Shown piece after piece: positions 41,801 to 48,495 of a stretch of 64,000 nt of DNA. Under the pieces are notes generated by a model that searched no databases, was not told the origin of the DNA, and saw only the letters and a program-made list of their open reading frames with translations. The stretch's first letter is position 1, and each line of letters begins with the position of its first letter. A program made the translations under genes and the position numbers. The DNA is from a virus, in IMG/VR virus record IMGVR_UViG_3300042691_019356, positions 7,318-71,317 of that record; one strand, given 5' to 3'.

Positions 41801-43552
41801 ATTGCCTATAGTTCCCCTGCCGACAAAGCTGGAAAGCCTCGTTTCAGTGGTAGCAATGCTATTTGACAGCTTGCGACGAGTGCTTATTTCATTTTCGTAA
41901 GCCTTGGCAGAATTTGCTACTGCGGGGGCGATGCTCTTCAGCTGATCACTAAAGATGCTGAATATATTCCTACCAGCAACTGTAAAGTTGGGATCAGTCT
42001 TGCTGAGAATATCTATCGCATTTGGATCGGATACAGCCCTGCGACTGCGCCCGCGCTTCGGTTCCAATGGCAGCGTCATCGCCAAGCCAGCCGCATCAAG
42101 AGCTGGGATATTCGTTCTTCGACCCTGTGCGTTTGTAATGAACTCGCGGCTCGTCCCGATCATGCGGGCGCCACCAGAGGGCAGCATGGCCTCTCTGGGG
42201 AGTGGTTGATCCACAGGGAAGCCTGCGGCTGGGGGGAGAGCCCTGATGGCGCCACCCTTTACCCACGCCTCAAGCTCTTTGCTGTTCAGCTGCCTACCAC
42301 TAAGAATTTTCTTTTCAGTGGTGGAAGCAAGATTGGCCGCTTCCTGCTGTTTTTTTAGTGTGGTAAGCCTATCTCGCTCCGATCTTTCAAGATTGGCAAG
42401 CGCTCCTCTTGCTTTTTCAAGGTCAACTCGATATTTACTGACATCACCCTTGGCGATTGCACGCGACAAATCTGCAACAGCTTTCTGCGGTCCACTCAGA
42501 ATACTTGAATCAGCTCCGGCAGTCCTGAGATTGTCGATTCGACGCTGAAGAGTGTCAATTGAATTTAGCGCTCTCTGATTTGTTAATTGCTCAGCATTGG
42601 CACGGGCAACTGTTTTTACTTTTCTGTCGTAGTCAAACAGCTTGGCCTCAAGATCGCTAAGGCGCCTGCGAGCAAGCTCGGTTGAACCCCTGGCGGCATC
42701 AGCGGAAGCCGCCATCCCTATTGATTTTAGCTTATCTGCTGTTTCTTGTTTTATTACACCTTTTCTTGCAAACTCGTTGATTCGATCATTTCCAGTTTTT
42801 ATCCGCCTACCGATTAAGGATCTTTCGCGCTGAAGGCGAATATCCTCATTTTGAAGTCTGTTGTATTGCTCAAGCTCCTGGGAAAGAGAGTTGAGCGTCC
42901 TAATTTCTTCAAATCTTTCCCTATTGTTTCTTGCCTTGGGGGCTTTCAAAAGCTTTTCAAAAGCTTTAATTGTTTTTTCAGCCGAAAGTCTTTCGTCTTC
43001 TGGTATGTTTGCTCCAGATCCTTTTCTGACAAATTCTTGTCGCCTGCCCTCGAATCTCTTGATTTCAACGTTTCTTCTTGCTTCAAGAGCTATTTCAAGT
43101 CTTAGCTGAGAAGCCTTTTTGTTGAGACTATCTCTATCGTCTCTTGCGGCACGGCTAATCACACCAGCACGCTCGGCGTAAAAGCGCTTTTGCCGAGCCG
43201 ACTCAACGCGATCCCTTTGAGCCGAGCGACGAATGGCCCTCTCATCCAGCGCCGCCGCAAGTCTCTCTTCGTTTTTTCTAAGCTGCAACTCGGTTTGCCT
43301 TTTTGAAAAGCTGCCAGCCCCACGACCCTGCTCAAGCGCACTGCCCAGCCCCTTGTTTATATTTTTAATAGCTCGGATTTCTTGATTTAGATTTTTGATT
43401 GACCCTGAAGATTCCTTGACCGCTTCATCTATGCTGCCAAGTTCTCTGTTCAATGCAGATGCAGCAGACTCCGCCTCAGATAGCGCACTCTCAAGATCGT
43501 TAATCTTGTTGAGGTTGTTGATGATAATATCAATCTTCTGCTGATAAGACAT
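35846..43552 (-). CDS. tape measure protein with lytic transglycosylase and peptidase domains (2568 aa)
   Basis: Lies downstream of the G/GT chaperone. Long coiled-coil regions and Gly-rich TM segments are present. SLT motif LESNSG...GFFQLIP lies near 38600-38950. A Cys/His peptidase-like domain (WRECFTT ... GHWVYVSG) lies near 38160-38520. Confidence 0.8.
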   Translation of the reverse strand: MSYQQKIDIIINNLNKINDLESALSEAESAASALNRELGSIDEAVKESSGSIKNLNQEIRAIKNINKGLGSALEQGRGAGSFSKRQTELQLRKNEERLAAALDERAIRRSAQRDRVESARQKRFYAERAGVISRAARDDRDSLNKKASQLRLEIALEARRNVEIKRFEGRRQEFVRKGSGANIPEDERLSAEKTIKAFEKLLKAPKARNNRERFEEIRTLNSLSQELEQYNRLQNEDIRLQRERSLIGRRIKTGNDRINEFARKGVIKQETADKLKSIGMAASADAARGSTELARRRLSDLEAKLFDYDRKVKTVARANAEQLTNQRALNSIDTLQRRIDNLRTAGADSSILSGPQKAVADLSRAIAKGDVSKYRVDLEKARGALANLERSERDRLTTLKKQQEAANLASTTEKKILSGRQLNSKELEAWVKGGAIRALPPAAGFPVDQPLPREAMLPSGGARMIGTSREFITNAQGRRTNIPALDAAGLAMTLPLEPKRGRSRRAVSDPNAIDILSKTDPNFTVAGRNIFSIFSDQLKSIAPAVANSAKAYENEISTRRKLSNSIATTETRLSSFVGRGTIGNDAAQPIRDALAEISQEARDTATPIDDLRDRLAGLKNTISSLAAQSVKDNSFAAGLKKIADVPKQRADYLGNLSPEQAIDQLVRTVNKQIPGAKTGVDSAANNVVNTFTDRIKSGASKAATAASDMTSAFRQAVKKGLGIASPSRFMIEMANNLINTYISQLEKAFPRIKSTTEKTFGIGQSFYPVKPAFSYGSNLSRNFNSGKNRVFDFGASSGGNFPALPQNAGMTAMMELLNTWSDAINNASNVSPEALSAKTVTQMNIPDPWEFVVADYKQFFVELQTILDGAGESLRTTSKEYQQFIDSIIKATGQIKLPGSRVAGALLPSGMTSGDPWIGPLANYRQLASMAEQIARPQTQARLALPPAQALPALPPAGMTASSARFEEARRAAYARSDQRAAEIMGAGGTGGAPPRTPAAAAGGSVPTPGQDAADRARRALLTLADLGNVSRLSTNAIRASIEEFTNLRASIDATDANFERLDEQLRQTIARFDDQIQRRDPNADFLTRRLGTRGGRAVSEGLIGGAFPLLFGQGLGASAGGLIGGAAGGFAGGMLGFGLSLVGTAIGSAVDTTVQNLKTLAAGLKSPNDAIAALETSGIKVGSTLKFQVQQLQSLGRAYDAQTLVLREVQKRLGADGVRNLVALEVQQKKLEEQWSSITGVIQGQLLPVLVGFTEVINGILNAARAAANDPIVGKILETLGKSVLAPVPGASVAAVAIDMASRRGARTATNTPIDVRPPIDPQEAFAAETTRIGESRRIADQVKSAYREAFNLQRQAYDLQREAADFNRDVADYSYKKEREIFDLRQQVAESVIDNNRAAAQNRIENSDLNARALFASAVGFEQQLLTNVREVMRTRKEGEADIEQSRKKLELTLAKLNRDVEDYKRTTAREIEDIERRKLSYVRSVEDYKMQVADYVLARAREAADLMRQAVTLPDMSGIGGGATGSGANSGYFARLAELESNSGKNWTNPSSNARGFFQLIPKTERWLNDIGKGDVAARMLSRDFSTAAQAAKEFAIIMRPAAKSLLEAGDVAGLDRLLNRIWTSLPGGSEAATGQRLASANALLMPRSAVSSVNQTAQGGQLLDRFGVAWQSQLDNAGGQGWRECFTTVSAMIASGSKGVNIPDDVYNQTRKRFGDTTSMGAQISALQSIGVSARGTTSARISDLRAEYAAGRSIGVGITSDSGTTSGHWVYVSGMNDQGISLFDPNRRQPWNRQMSWQEFGGRFNPGGAGGYMVSAPGATARNTQMMGSTQISNIPQPQYSETPLGPTPAAAPLNKERLAVLAAMTGSMKEAQRILEEQIKLRQKGVELGQIESILQDNQLPQLQQQRSVLQQQLEARKRILNLSDNAASVADIEAEATARLAQLEKDRTNAITKLKKEYGGNADLIKQVNEQANLAIGIAKKEEEQRRKNLELSNQLQGLERARAEIIQLQEKVAVGRVEAAALELGKLQASNSEILKTTLLYKQASEEQRNLLENLTTQAEQQAKINELQANYNNKLRDAQDRIVEIFAGTSGLTEYQKALREIATKGIQNDSGQADGILQTAKAIDLLNQKIRQLERVKDIAGAWTDSFIGFNAELLKTGNLSDALTKWGEGISSRAIDILLEITMRPIQDQIFGSITKFLGFEQPGDPMVAPLSSLDVNVKSIKENVAIIAGGISGNTQSSVEALAQPATLSGIKFYTPPAAVESGSPWSTASLQAASDNATVKLQSFSDNVLFASDTASNFGISFVNTLESSDKIFSSAVVASEEGAAKIKAAYDSRITTEEENIGKLQMIGQKLGTGIQILGGIAMGVAGVQQMKKGGTYNVLMGLAGIFGAISQVSYGSGKLFGLKGFAEGGRPPMGQPSWVGENGPELWWPDRAGTIIPVDQLYVPGRPLPGESSSTAQGDEANSGSADSSSVFSATRASLEQQRAAMSGSADSGSQSMEPQVIDVRSESTVINSVEYVTMEQHRKGMQEAAKMGQALSYQGIRGSVPTRRRLAI

Positions 43553-43585
43553 TGAGGATCGACCGCGATGGGATCAATGTAGCCA

Positions 43586-43609
43586 AGAAAAAGGGGCCTC
43601 ATCGGCCCC
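43586..43609 (-). terminator. terminator-like hairpin between the chaperone and tape measure genes
   Basis: The minus strand reads GGGGCC-GATGA-GGCCCC followed by TTTTTCTTGG. The loop contains the stop codon of the -1 frame ORF. Confidence 0.4.
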
Positions 43610-43796
43610 CCTTCTTCGCCTTCTCGATAGCCTTGGCTTCGTCCTCTCGCTTAATTTGATGATAGGCCGACCAGAGAATAATCTCCTCTTCGGTTATCAT
43701 GCTATTAAGCTCGGAAAGAGTTTTGCCAAGACTCTCGGCTATACTCATCTTGATGTATAGCCACTTATCTTGGCGCAGCTCCTGGACTACTTTTTT
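43599..43796 (-). CDS. -1 frame extension of the tail assembly chaperone (gpT-like part of the G-T fusion)
   Basis: The -1 frame is open from the slippery site to the TGA at 43601..43599 (63 codons, hand-translated: VVQELRQDKWLYIKMSIAESLGK...KKGGR). Confidence 0.6.
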   Translation of the reverse strand, partial: KKVVQELRQDKWLYIKMSIAESLGKTLSELNSMITEEEIILWSAYHQIKREDEAKAIEKAKKGGR

Positions 43797-44164
43797 TGAT
43801 CGAGATCAGCATCGGAATCATCGTCGCCAATCACAGCACCGATGATCTTCTGCAGATCCTCATCCTCAATCTCATGCTTGAGAGCGGGGATGTCGCCAAC
43901 AGTAAACAGCGGATTGCCGTTCTCGTCTTTGGCTTTCAGGATCAGCAGGTGCATTGCAAAAGCACCAGCCTCGTCACTCTTTGCATTCTTGCGAGCCTTG
44001 TCACGCTCAGCGGCAACAAGCGGGGCACAGTACATCGTGAACTCAGTCACGCCATCATTGAGGATGACGGTTTTCTTGACGGGTTCCAGATTGGCCGCAC
44101 GCTTCAGGACGTCGATTGCACGACCGAAGCCAGATCCAGAGGGGGTGGGAGTTGGGGACGCCAT
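43787..44164 (-). CDS. tail assembly chaperone (gpG-like, 125 aa)
   Basis: Lies between the major tail and tape measure genes, has an acidic C-terminus and ends in the slippery heptamer. ATG 44164 follows the terminator. Confidence 0.65.
   Translation of the reverse strand: MASPTPTPSGSGFGRAIDVLKRAANLEPVKKTVILNDGVTEFTMYCAPLVAAERDKARKNAKSDEAGAFAMHLLILKAKDENGNPLFTVGDIPALKHEIEDEDLQKIIGAVIGDDDSDADLDQKK
43790..43796 (-). promoter_or_regulatory. programmed -1 ribosomal frameshift site A_AAA_AAG
   Basis: The last two sense codons of the chaperone ORF read CAA AAA AAG TAG. The heptamer is identical to the dnaX slippery sequence. Confidence 0.65.
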
Positions 44165-44193
44165 ACGAATGATTGGTGGCTCACAAAGCATAG

Positions 44194-44222
44194 CAACAAA
44201 AAGCCCCCGATTTCTCGGGGGC
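44194..44222 (-). terminator. intrinsic terminator after the major tail gene
   Basis: The minus strand reads GCCCCCGA-GAAA-TCGGGGGC followed by TTTTTGTTG. Confidence 0.7.
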
Positions 44223-44244
44223 CTTCGGTTCCGTATCAACTAAC

Positions 44245-45000
44245 TCAGACAGCCTTCGTAAAGTCGAAGGTGGGAGCCTTGGAAGGACGGAAGTTGATGG
44301 AAACCTGGATGGCGTCATCGGGGTTGACATTGAAACCGGCCGAGGTCAGCACAATGTTGGTTTCGATGAAACGGCTCAGGTTGTCGCTGACAACACCGCT
44401 TGCAAACACCTCGTCAATGTAGAGCTTGACGCCAGCGCCGGTTTGACGACGCTGAATCACGTCTTCAACAATGCGGTTGGCGATCGAGGTGTCATCATCA
44501 GTGAAGTACACCGTGGCGCTACCAGTGCCATCAGCAAAGCTGGTCTGATAGCTGCGGAAAGGTGCATACTGACCGGCGCCCTGACCGATGGTGGTAACGT
44601 CAATTTCAGCCCGAGTGATCTCAAAGCTCCAATCACGCACCTGACCCACAGGCAGATACGACTTGTAGGCGATGGTCGCCTTGCTGTTACCAAAGCCCGA
44701 GGGGGCAGCGGTAGCAGTCACAGCCGAACCACCAGCAGTCGAGCTGAGGGTGGCAACGCCAGTTTCGTTGTTGTACGTCTTGATGAAGTAGTCACCAGCA
44801 GCAATTGCACCAGTCACGGTGGCGCCGACCGGGTAGGTCAGGGTCACGGGATCGTTGATGCGGAAGCCCAGGTAGCTGCCAACAGAGATGTTGGCGCCAG
44901 TGCTGGGAAAAGCAGCAGCAGTGATGCAGGCTTCGGTGTTGGCGGGCTTGTAGTAAAAGGCGCCCGAGGTGCCGGTAAGAACCGTAGTTTCGCAGGTCAT
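44245..45000 (-). CDS. major tail protein (about 251 aa)
   Basis: Its position upstream of the chaperone, its size and the strong terminator after it support the call. ATG 45000 is preferred over TTG 45018. Confidence 0.6.
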   Translation of the reverse strand: MTCETTVLTGTSGAFYYKPANTEACITAAAFPSTGANISVGSYLGFRINDPVTLTYPVGATVTGAIAAGDYFIKTYNNETGVATLSSTAGGSAVTATAAPSGFGNSKATIAYKSYLPVGQVRDWSFEITRAEIDVTTIGQGAGQYAPFRSYQTSFADGTGSATVYFTDDDTSIANRIVEDVIQRRQTGAGVKLYIDEVFASGVVSDNLSRFIETNIVLTSAGFNVNPDDAIQVSINFRPSKAPTFDFTKAV

Positions 45001-45076
45001 GATCGGACCCAAAAGCAATAGGACAGCAGTGCGGGCACTGCCCGTTGCCTCATACTAGCCACCGGCAATGACAATT

Positions 45077-45508
45077 CTAATTAGACTTTGTAGCGTGCCA
45101 GGCGGCTTCGATGCGAGCAAAAAAGTGCGGAGATTCGTTATTCATTGAAAAGGATGGACCCATGATATTCTGAGTTCTAATGAAAATACCGGTTGCTGTC
45201 TTTCTAGTTTTACCAAGATCGCTCAACACGCTTTTGGCAATAGCACTGAGTTGACGAGCCCGTAGACCGCCGATATCCTTTGGCGTATAAATTCGTATGA
45301 CAATAATTCCCCTTGCACGATCAAGCAGGGAATTGATAGCAGACTCAGTGGTATTACCAAATGCAATGTTGATCATTGCATACTCTTTGTCTGGATCAGG
45401 CGGAATAGCAATAATGTTGTCAAAATAAAGCTGCGTATTTGGCGCTTGAGATATAAAGGCCGAGCTAATCGGGACTTCAAGTGCCGCACAAATTGCTTGA
45501 TAGTCCAT
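45077..45508 (-). CDS. tail-completion / tail-terminator position protein (143 aa)
   Basis: Synteny only. Confidence 0.4.
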   Translation of the reverse strand: MDYQAICAALEVPISSAFISQAPNTQLYFDNIIAIPPDPDKEYAMINIAFGNTTESAINSLLDRARGIIVIRIYTPKDIGGLRARQLSAIAKSVLSDLGKTRKTATGIFIRTQNIMGPSFSMNNESPHFFARIEAAWHATKSN

Positions 45509-45510
45509 TG

Positions 45511-46119
45511 TCAGCTACCTGCCCGAAACTCGTACCTGAAGACCCTTGCCACAACGGCATCCATATCGCCACCACCAGCATAGGTCGAGTACCAATCTTG
45601 CTCAGCTGTTGAAATATTCGACTTTCTGGAGCCAAGATTGACATCGCCACCACTACCAGCCGGAGCAACCTGACCTCGCATTGGCCCATAGCGACGACCC
45701 TCTACAACCTTGAATTCAATGCCACCCATTGGCTCGTATCCAGGATCAATGAATTTTCCGGGTTCAAGATCCAGGGCAACAGGTGCGTAATCCGCGATGT
45801 TGTCGATCGTAAAAACAACAACACGCTGAGTTGCCTTTACGGTAGACGGAATTGTTGGGACATTCTCGATGGTGTACGGATATTCGCCGTCTTTTACCTT
45901 GCCACCCTCGTTCCCAACAGGAATTGCACGCCACGAATCAGCAAAAGAACCACCGTACCGTGGTCCCTTTTCAGCAAGGTCATTCATAATGTCGGCCATG
46001 GCCCTACGAGTTGCATTATTGATCTTCGCCCTCAGGTCTTTTGAGATTTTTCCGCTAATTCCCTTGCCACGCTTTGCAATTAAATTCAGATCACGCTGAC
46101 TTGGCTTTCTCCTGCTCAT
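45511..46119 (-). CDS. neck protein (HK97 gp10-like position, 202 aa)
   Basis: Synteny, with an N-terminal basic helical region. Confidence 0.4.
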   Translation of the reverse strand: MSRRKPSQRDLNLIAKRGKGISGKISKDLRAKINNATRRAMADIMNDLAEKGPRYGGSFADSWRAIPVGNEGGKVKDGEYPYTIENVPTIPSTVKATQRVVVFTIDNIADYAPVALDLEPGKFIDPGYEPMGGIEFKVVEGRRYGPMRGQVAPAGSGGDVNLGSRKSNISTAEQDWYSTYAGGGDMDAVVARVFRYEFRAGS

Positions 46120-46526
46120 GACAACCTCGCTATAACAGAGTGAAATACGGGCGAATCGCCACGATACGAGTTTGGGAAAATAATTTTTGCAGTTCTGGTC
46201 TGCCCGTCTTGCGTGTACTCAATCCAATCCTTTGTTCTTGGATAGTAACTGCCAAGCGATGTAGCTGCAATCAGAATTTTAACATCTGTGATCTGAACTT
46301 CACCCTTGACATCTTCGGCCTGAAGTTGAACCGGAAGCATCTTAATGTTAATCCGGTTTTTCAAGACTTTGGGGCTACCCGTCAACCTGTCAATAGGATT
46401 GTCGTAGGTGCCGGTAGCCGGATTGTATTGCTGTTCATCAACATGCTTGATGTAGGCGCCATCAATTCCCCACTGATTGATCAGCGGTCCAGGAATCGAA
46501 GCAAAAATGCGATCTACAAGAGACAT
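46116..46526 (-). CDS. head-closure / neck protein (136 aa)
   Basis: Synteny, with an ATGA junction. Confidence 0.4.
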   Translation of the reverse strand: MSLVDRIFASIPGPLINQWGIDGAYIKHVDEQQYNPATGTYDNPIDRLTGSPKVLKNRINIKMLPVQLQAEDVKGEVQITDVKILIAATSLGSYYPRTKDWIEYTQDGQTRTAKIIFPNSYRGDSPVFHSVIARLS

Positions 46527-46532
46527 GGTAAT

Positions 46533-47192
46533 TTACAGTGGGTTGCTGGCCCATCCACCGCTTGCCGGGTAGACCATTCCGTTCACAACGCGAACATTGC
46601 TCGGGCGGAATGCGTTGCTTGGCATGTACGGATTGATGCGCGCCGTAGATTCGCGCCTCACACGAGGCTGATAGAAATCACCACGAATAATATAGCGAGC
46701 AAAAATATCCATGCAGAACGGCGGAATGTATCCCATCCCGCTTTGCGCCATGTTATCCCGGTTAAACTTAACCCTCAGATCACTGCGCCCAAGTTCAACT
46801 TCTTCGTATTCGTGATTGCCGCGTTCGGTGGCGCCACCGTCAAGATTCAGAATTCCGGTATAACCACCAGTCTCCCCAAGAAACGCTGCCATGTAGGCAA
46901 CACCGATCTGAAAATCAATCGGAAGCTCTTCAGTCGAGACGTTGTAGTAATCGGCTGATACAACTCTGGGCCACGCAAGGCTTTGTGTCGATGAAACGGG
47001 CCGGCCCTTCCAGTGAAGGGAATTGACAGCCATCGTTGCAGCAACCAGCGTCTGCTCCTTTTCTTCGGTTGTTAGAGCAAGCCAAGCTGTAACACCGGTG
47101 CTTGCAGGAAGATCACCAAGCAGTGAGGTGGCCCTTGCAACACTCAGGTACGAGTTTGCATCACTGGCACCAAGAGTAGATACAAAGGCCAT
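46533..47192 (-). CDS. head-tail connector/adaptor (gp6-like)
   Basis: The N-terminal pattern ANSYLSVARATSLL...W..LTTEEKEQTLVAAT.AVN.L.W.G...S.TQSLAWPR is typical of gp6-like adaptors. Confidence 0.5.
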   Translation of the reverse strand: MAFVSTLGASDANSYLSVARATSLLGDLPASTGVTAWLALTTEEKEQTLVAATMAVNSLHWKGRPVSSTQSLAWPRVVSADYYNVSTEELPIDFQIGVAYMAAFLGETGGYTGILNLDGGATERGNHEYEEVELGRSDLRVKFNRDNMAQSGMGYIPPFCMDIFARYIIRGDFYQPRVRRESTARINPYMPSNAFRPSNVRVVNGMVYPASGGWASNPL

Positions 47193-47198
47193 GACGTG

Positions 47199-47390
47199 TC
47201 ATCGAGTTGCGGTCTTGGGCTTGGGCTTGGCCACGGGGGCCGCAGTGGGCTCGGGAGCGGCCTCTGCCGGCTCGTCGACCTCAGCAGCCTGGCCGGGCTG
47301 CTCAGGGGTGGCTGCGGCGGCCTCTGCGGCCAGTCTGGCGGCTTCCCGCTCCCTGGCCATTCGGAAGGAAGCTGCTCCCATGATCAACAC
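47199..47390 (-). CDS. small Ala/Pro/Glu-rich protein (63 aa)
   Basis: ORF in the train. Low complexity, so the call is uncertain. Confidence 0.3.
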   Translation of the reverse strand: MLIMGAASFRMAREREAARLAAEAAAATPEQPGQAAEVDEPAEAAPEPTAAPVAKPKPKTATR

Positions 47391-47449
47391 TCCTGGTAGT
47401 AAGAATTGCTGCCATCGGCAGTCATGTCACATTATACCAGGGACGAGTA

Positions 47450-47914
47450 TTACTTCTGTCGCTCAATCCCAGGGATAATTTTATGCTCAATTTCCTGCCG
47501 GTTGAATTGACTGCTAATCAAGGCAAGCAATGCAACCAAAAGAGTGCCCCACTGTGCAATAACAGGAACAGCCCATTGCGCTTGACTCCTCTGCCCCTCT
47601 GACCTATTTTCAGATGCGGTGAGTCCTTCAACCCTTTTTGTAAGCTCGCGCATATCTTCGGAGCTTCGCTTGGTCATCTCCTTAATGTCATCGGATGTAA
47701 CCATCTGACGCTCAAGCTCAACCTGCCTTTTTTCCAAGTCGCTGAGTTTTGTCAGAAAGTTTGTTACCGTTGTCTGGCTTGAAAGTAGCGTCGTCTGCAG
47801 GCCGTGCAGCAGCCCCTCCAGTCGTCCCAGTCGGGTATCCAGGCTCTCCGCTCCACCGGTCGCCCCCGGAAAGCTCTCCGATCCGCTCGTCATTGCGGGC
47901 ACTCCGGGTTTCAA
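47450..47914 (-). CDS. coiled-coil protein with C-terminal TM anchor (154 aa)
   Basis: A heptad-like central region and the hydrophobic stretch AVPVIAQWGTLLVALLALI near the C-terminus. Confidence 0.45.
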   Translation of the reverse strand: MKPGVPAMTSGSESFPGATGGAESLDTRLGRLEGLLHGLQTTLLSSQTTVTNFLTKLSDLEKRQVELERQMVTSDDIKEMTKRSSEDMRELTKRVEGLTASENRSEGQRSQAQWAVPVIAQWGTLLVALLALISSQFNRQEIEHKIIPGIERQK

Positions 47915-47994
47915 TGGACATCGTAATTGGCCGAGCTACCGCAGCAACATCAAGAGAAGATGCGGTTATCGCAATAACTCGACCAATCCTTCGA

Positions 47995-48495
47995 TCATTG
48001 GTCCTCCTGAAACAAAGCGGAAACAAACACCTCCGGCAAGTTAAAGGCTGCTGCCATTACAGAAACGCTTTCAGCAAGTGTGTCTGAGATGAAACCGTTT
48101 TGCCTTGCGTAATCCCAGGATCCAAAAAATACCCTTGAATCCCCTTTAGCAGCTTCGTTAAGGCCGGCAATCAGGCCACCGAAGCAGCCGGGATCCTCTG
48201 CAACAAGCTGGATCAGCATGACCTTCACCTGCTGATCGCCCATCAGGGTTGCACTGAACTCGACCCACTGCGGCTGAGGCTCCGGTGGCGGTAAATCGAC
48301 TACCACATAGGCGCCGTCGATCCAGTCCAGGCTCTGGGTCGCCGGGTCATACGGTGGCTCGATGAACGGACCAGTGAAGCCGGCGGCGGCGATCTCCTCG
48401 GCCGTGAAGCTCGATGGATCAGTGCGAGTCGTGCCGTTGACGTGAATGCGGAAAGGCAACGGAACGGGACGAGCGCCATTTAGCGAGTACAGCAT
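47995..48495 (-). CDS. hypothetical structural-module protein (166 aa)
   Basis: ATG 48495 forms a TGATG junction with the upstream stop. Confidence 0.45.
   Translation of the reverse strand: MLYSLNGARPVPLPFRIHVNGTTRTDPSSFTAEEIAAAGFTGPFIEPPYDPATQSLDWIDGAYVVVDLPPPEPQPQWVEFSATLMGDQQVKVMLIQLVAEDPGCFGGLIAGLNEAAKGDSRVFFGSWDYARQNGFISDTLAESVSVMAAAFNLPEVFVSALFQEDQ

Noticed and set aside
35809-43341. Numerous 60-320 aa ORFs on both strands inside the tape measure gene (for example 40904..41866 +, 39344..39970 +, 35809..36351 -)
   Set aside because: They are shadow ORFs inside a continuous 7.7-kb coding frame with clear domain content.
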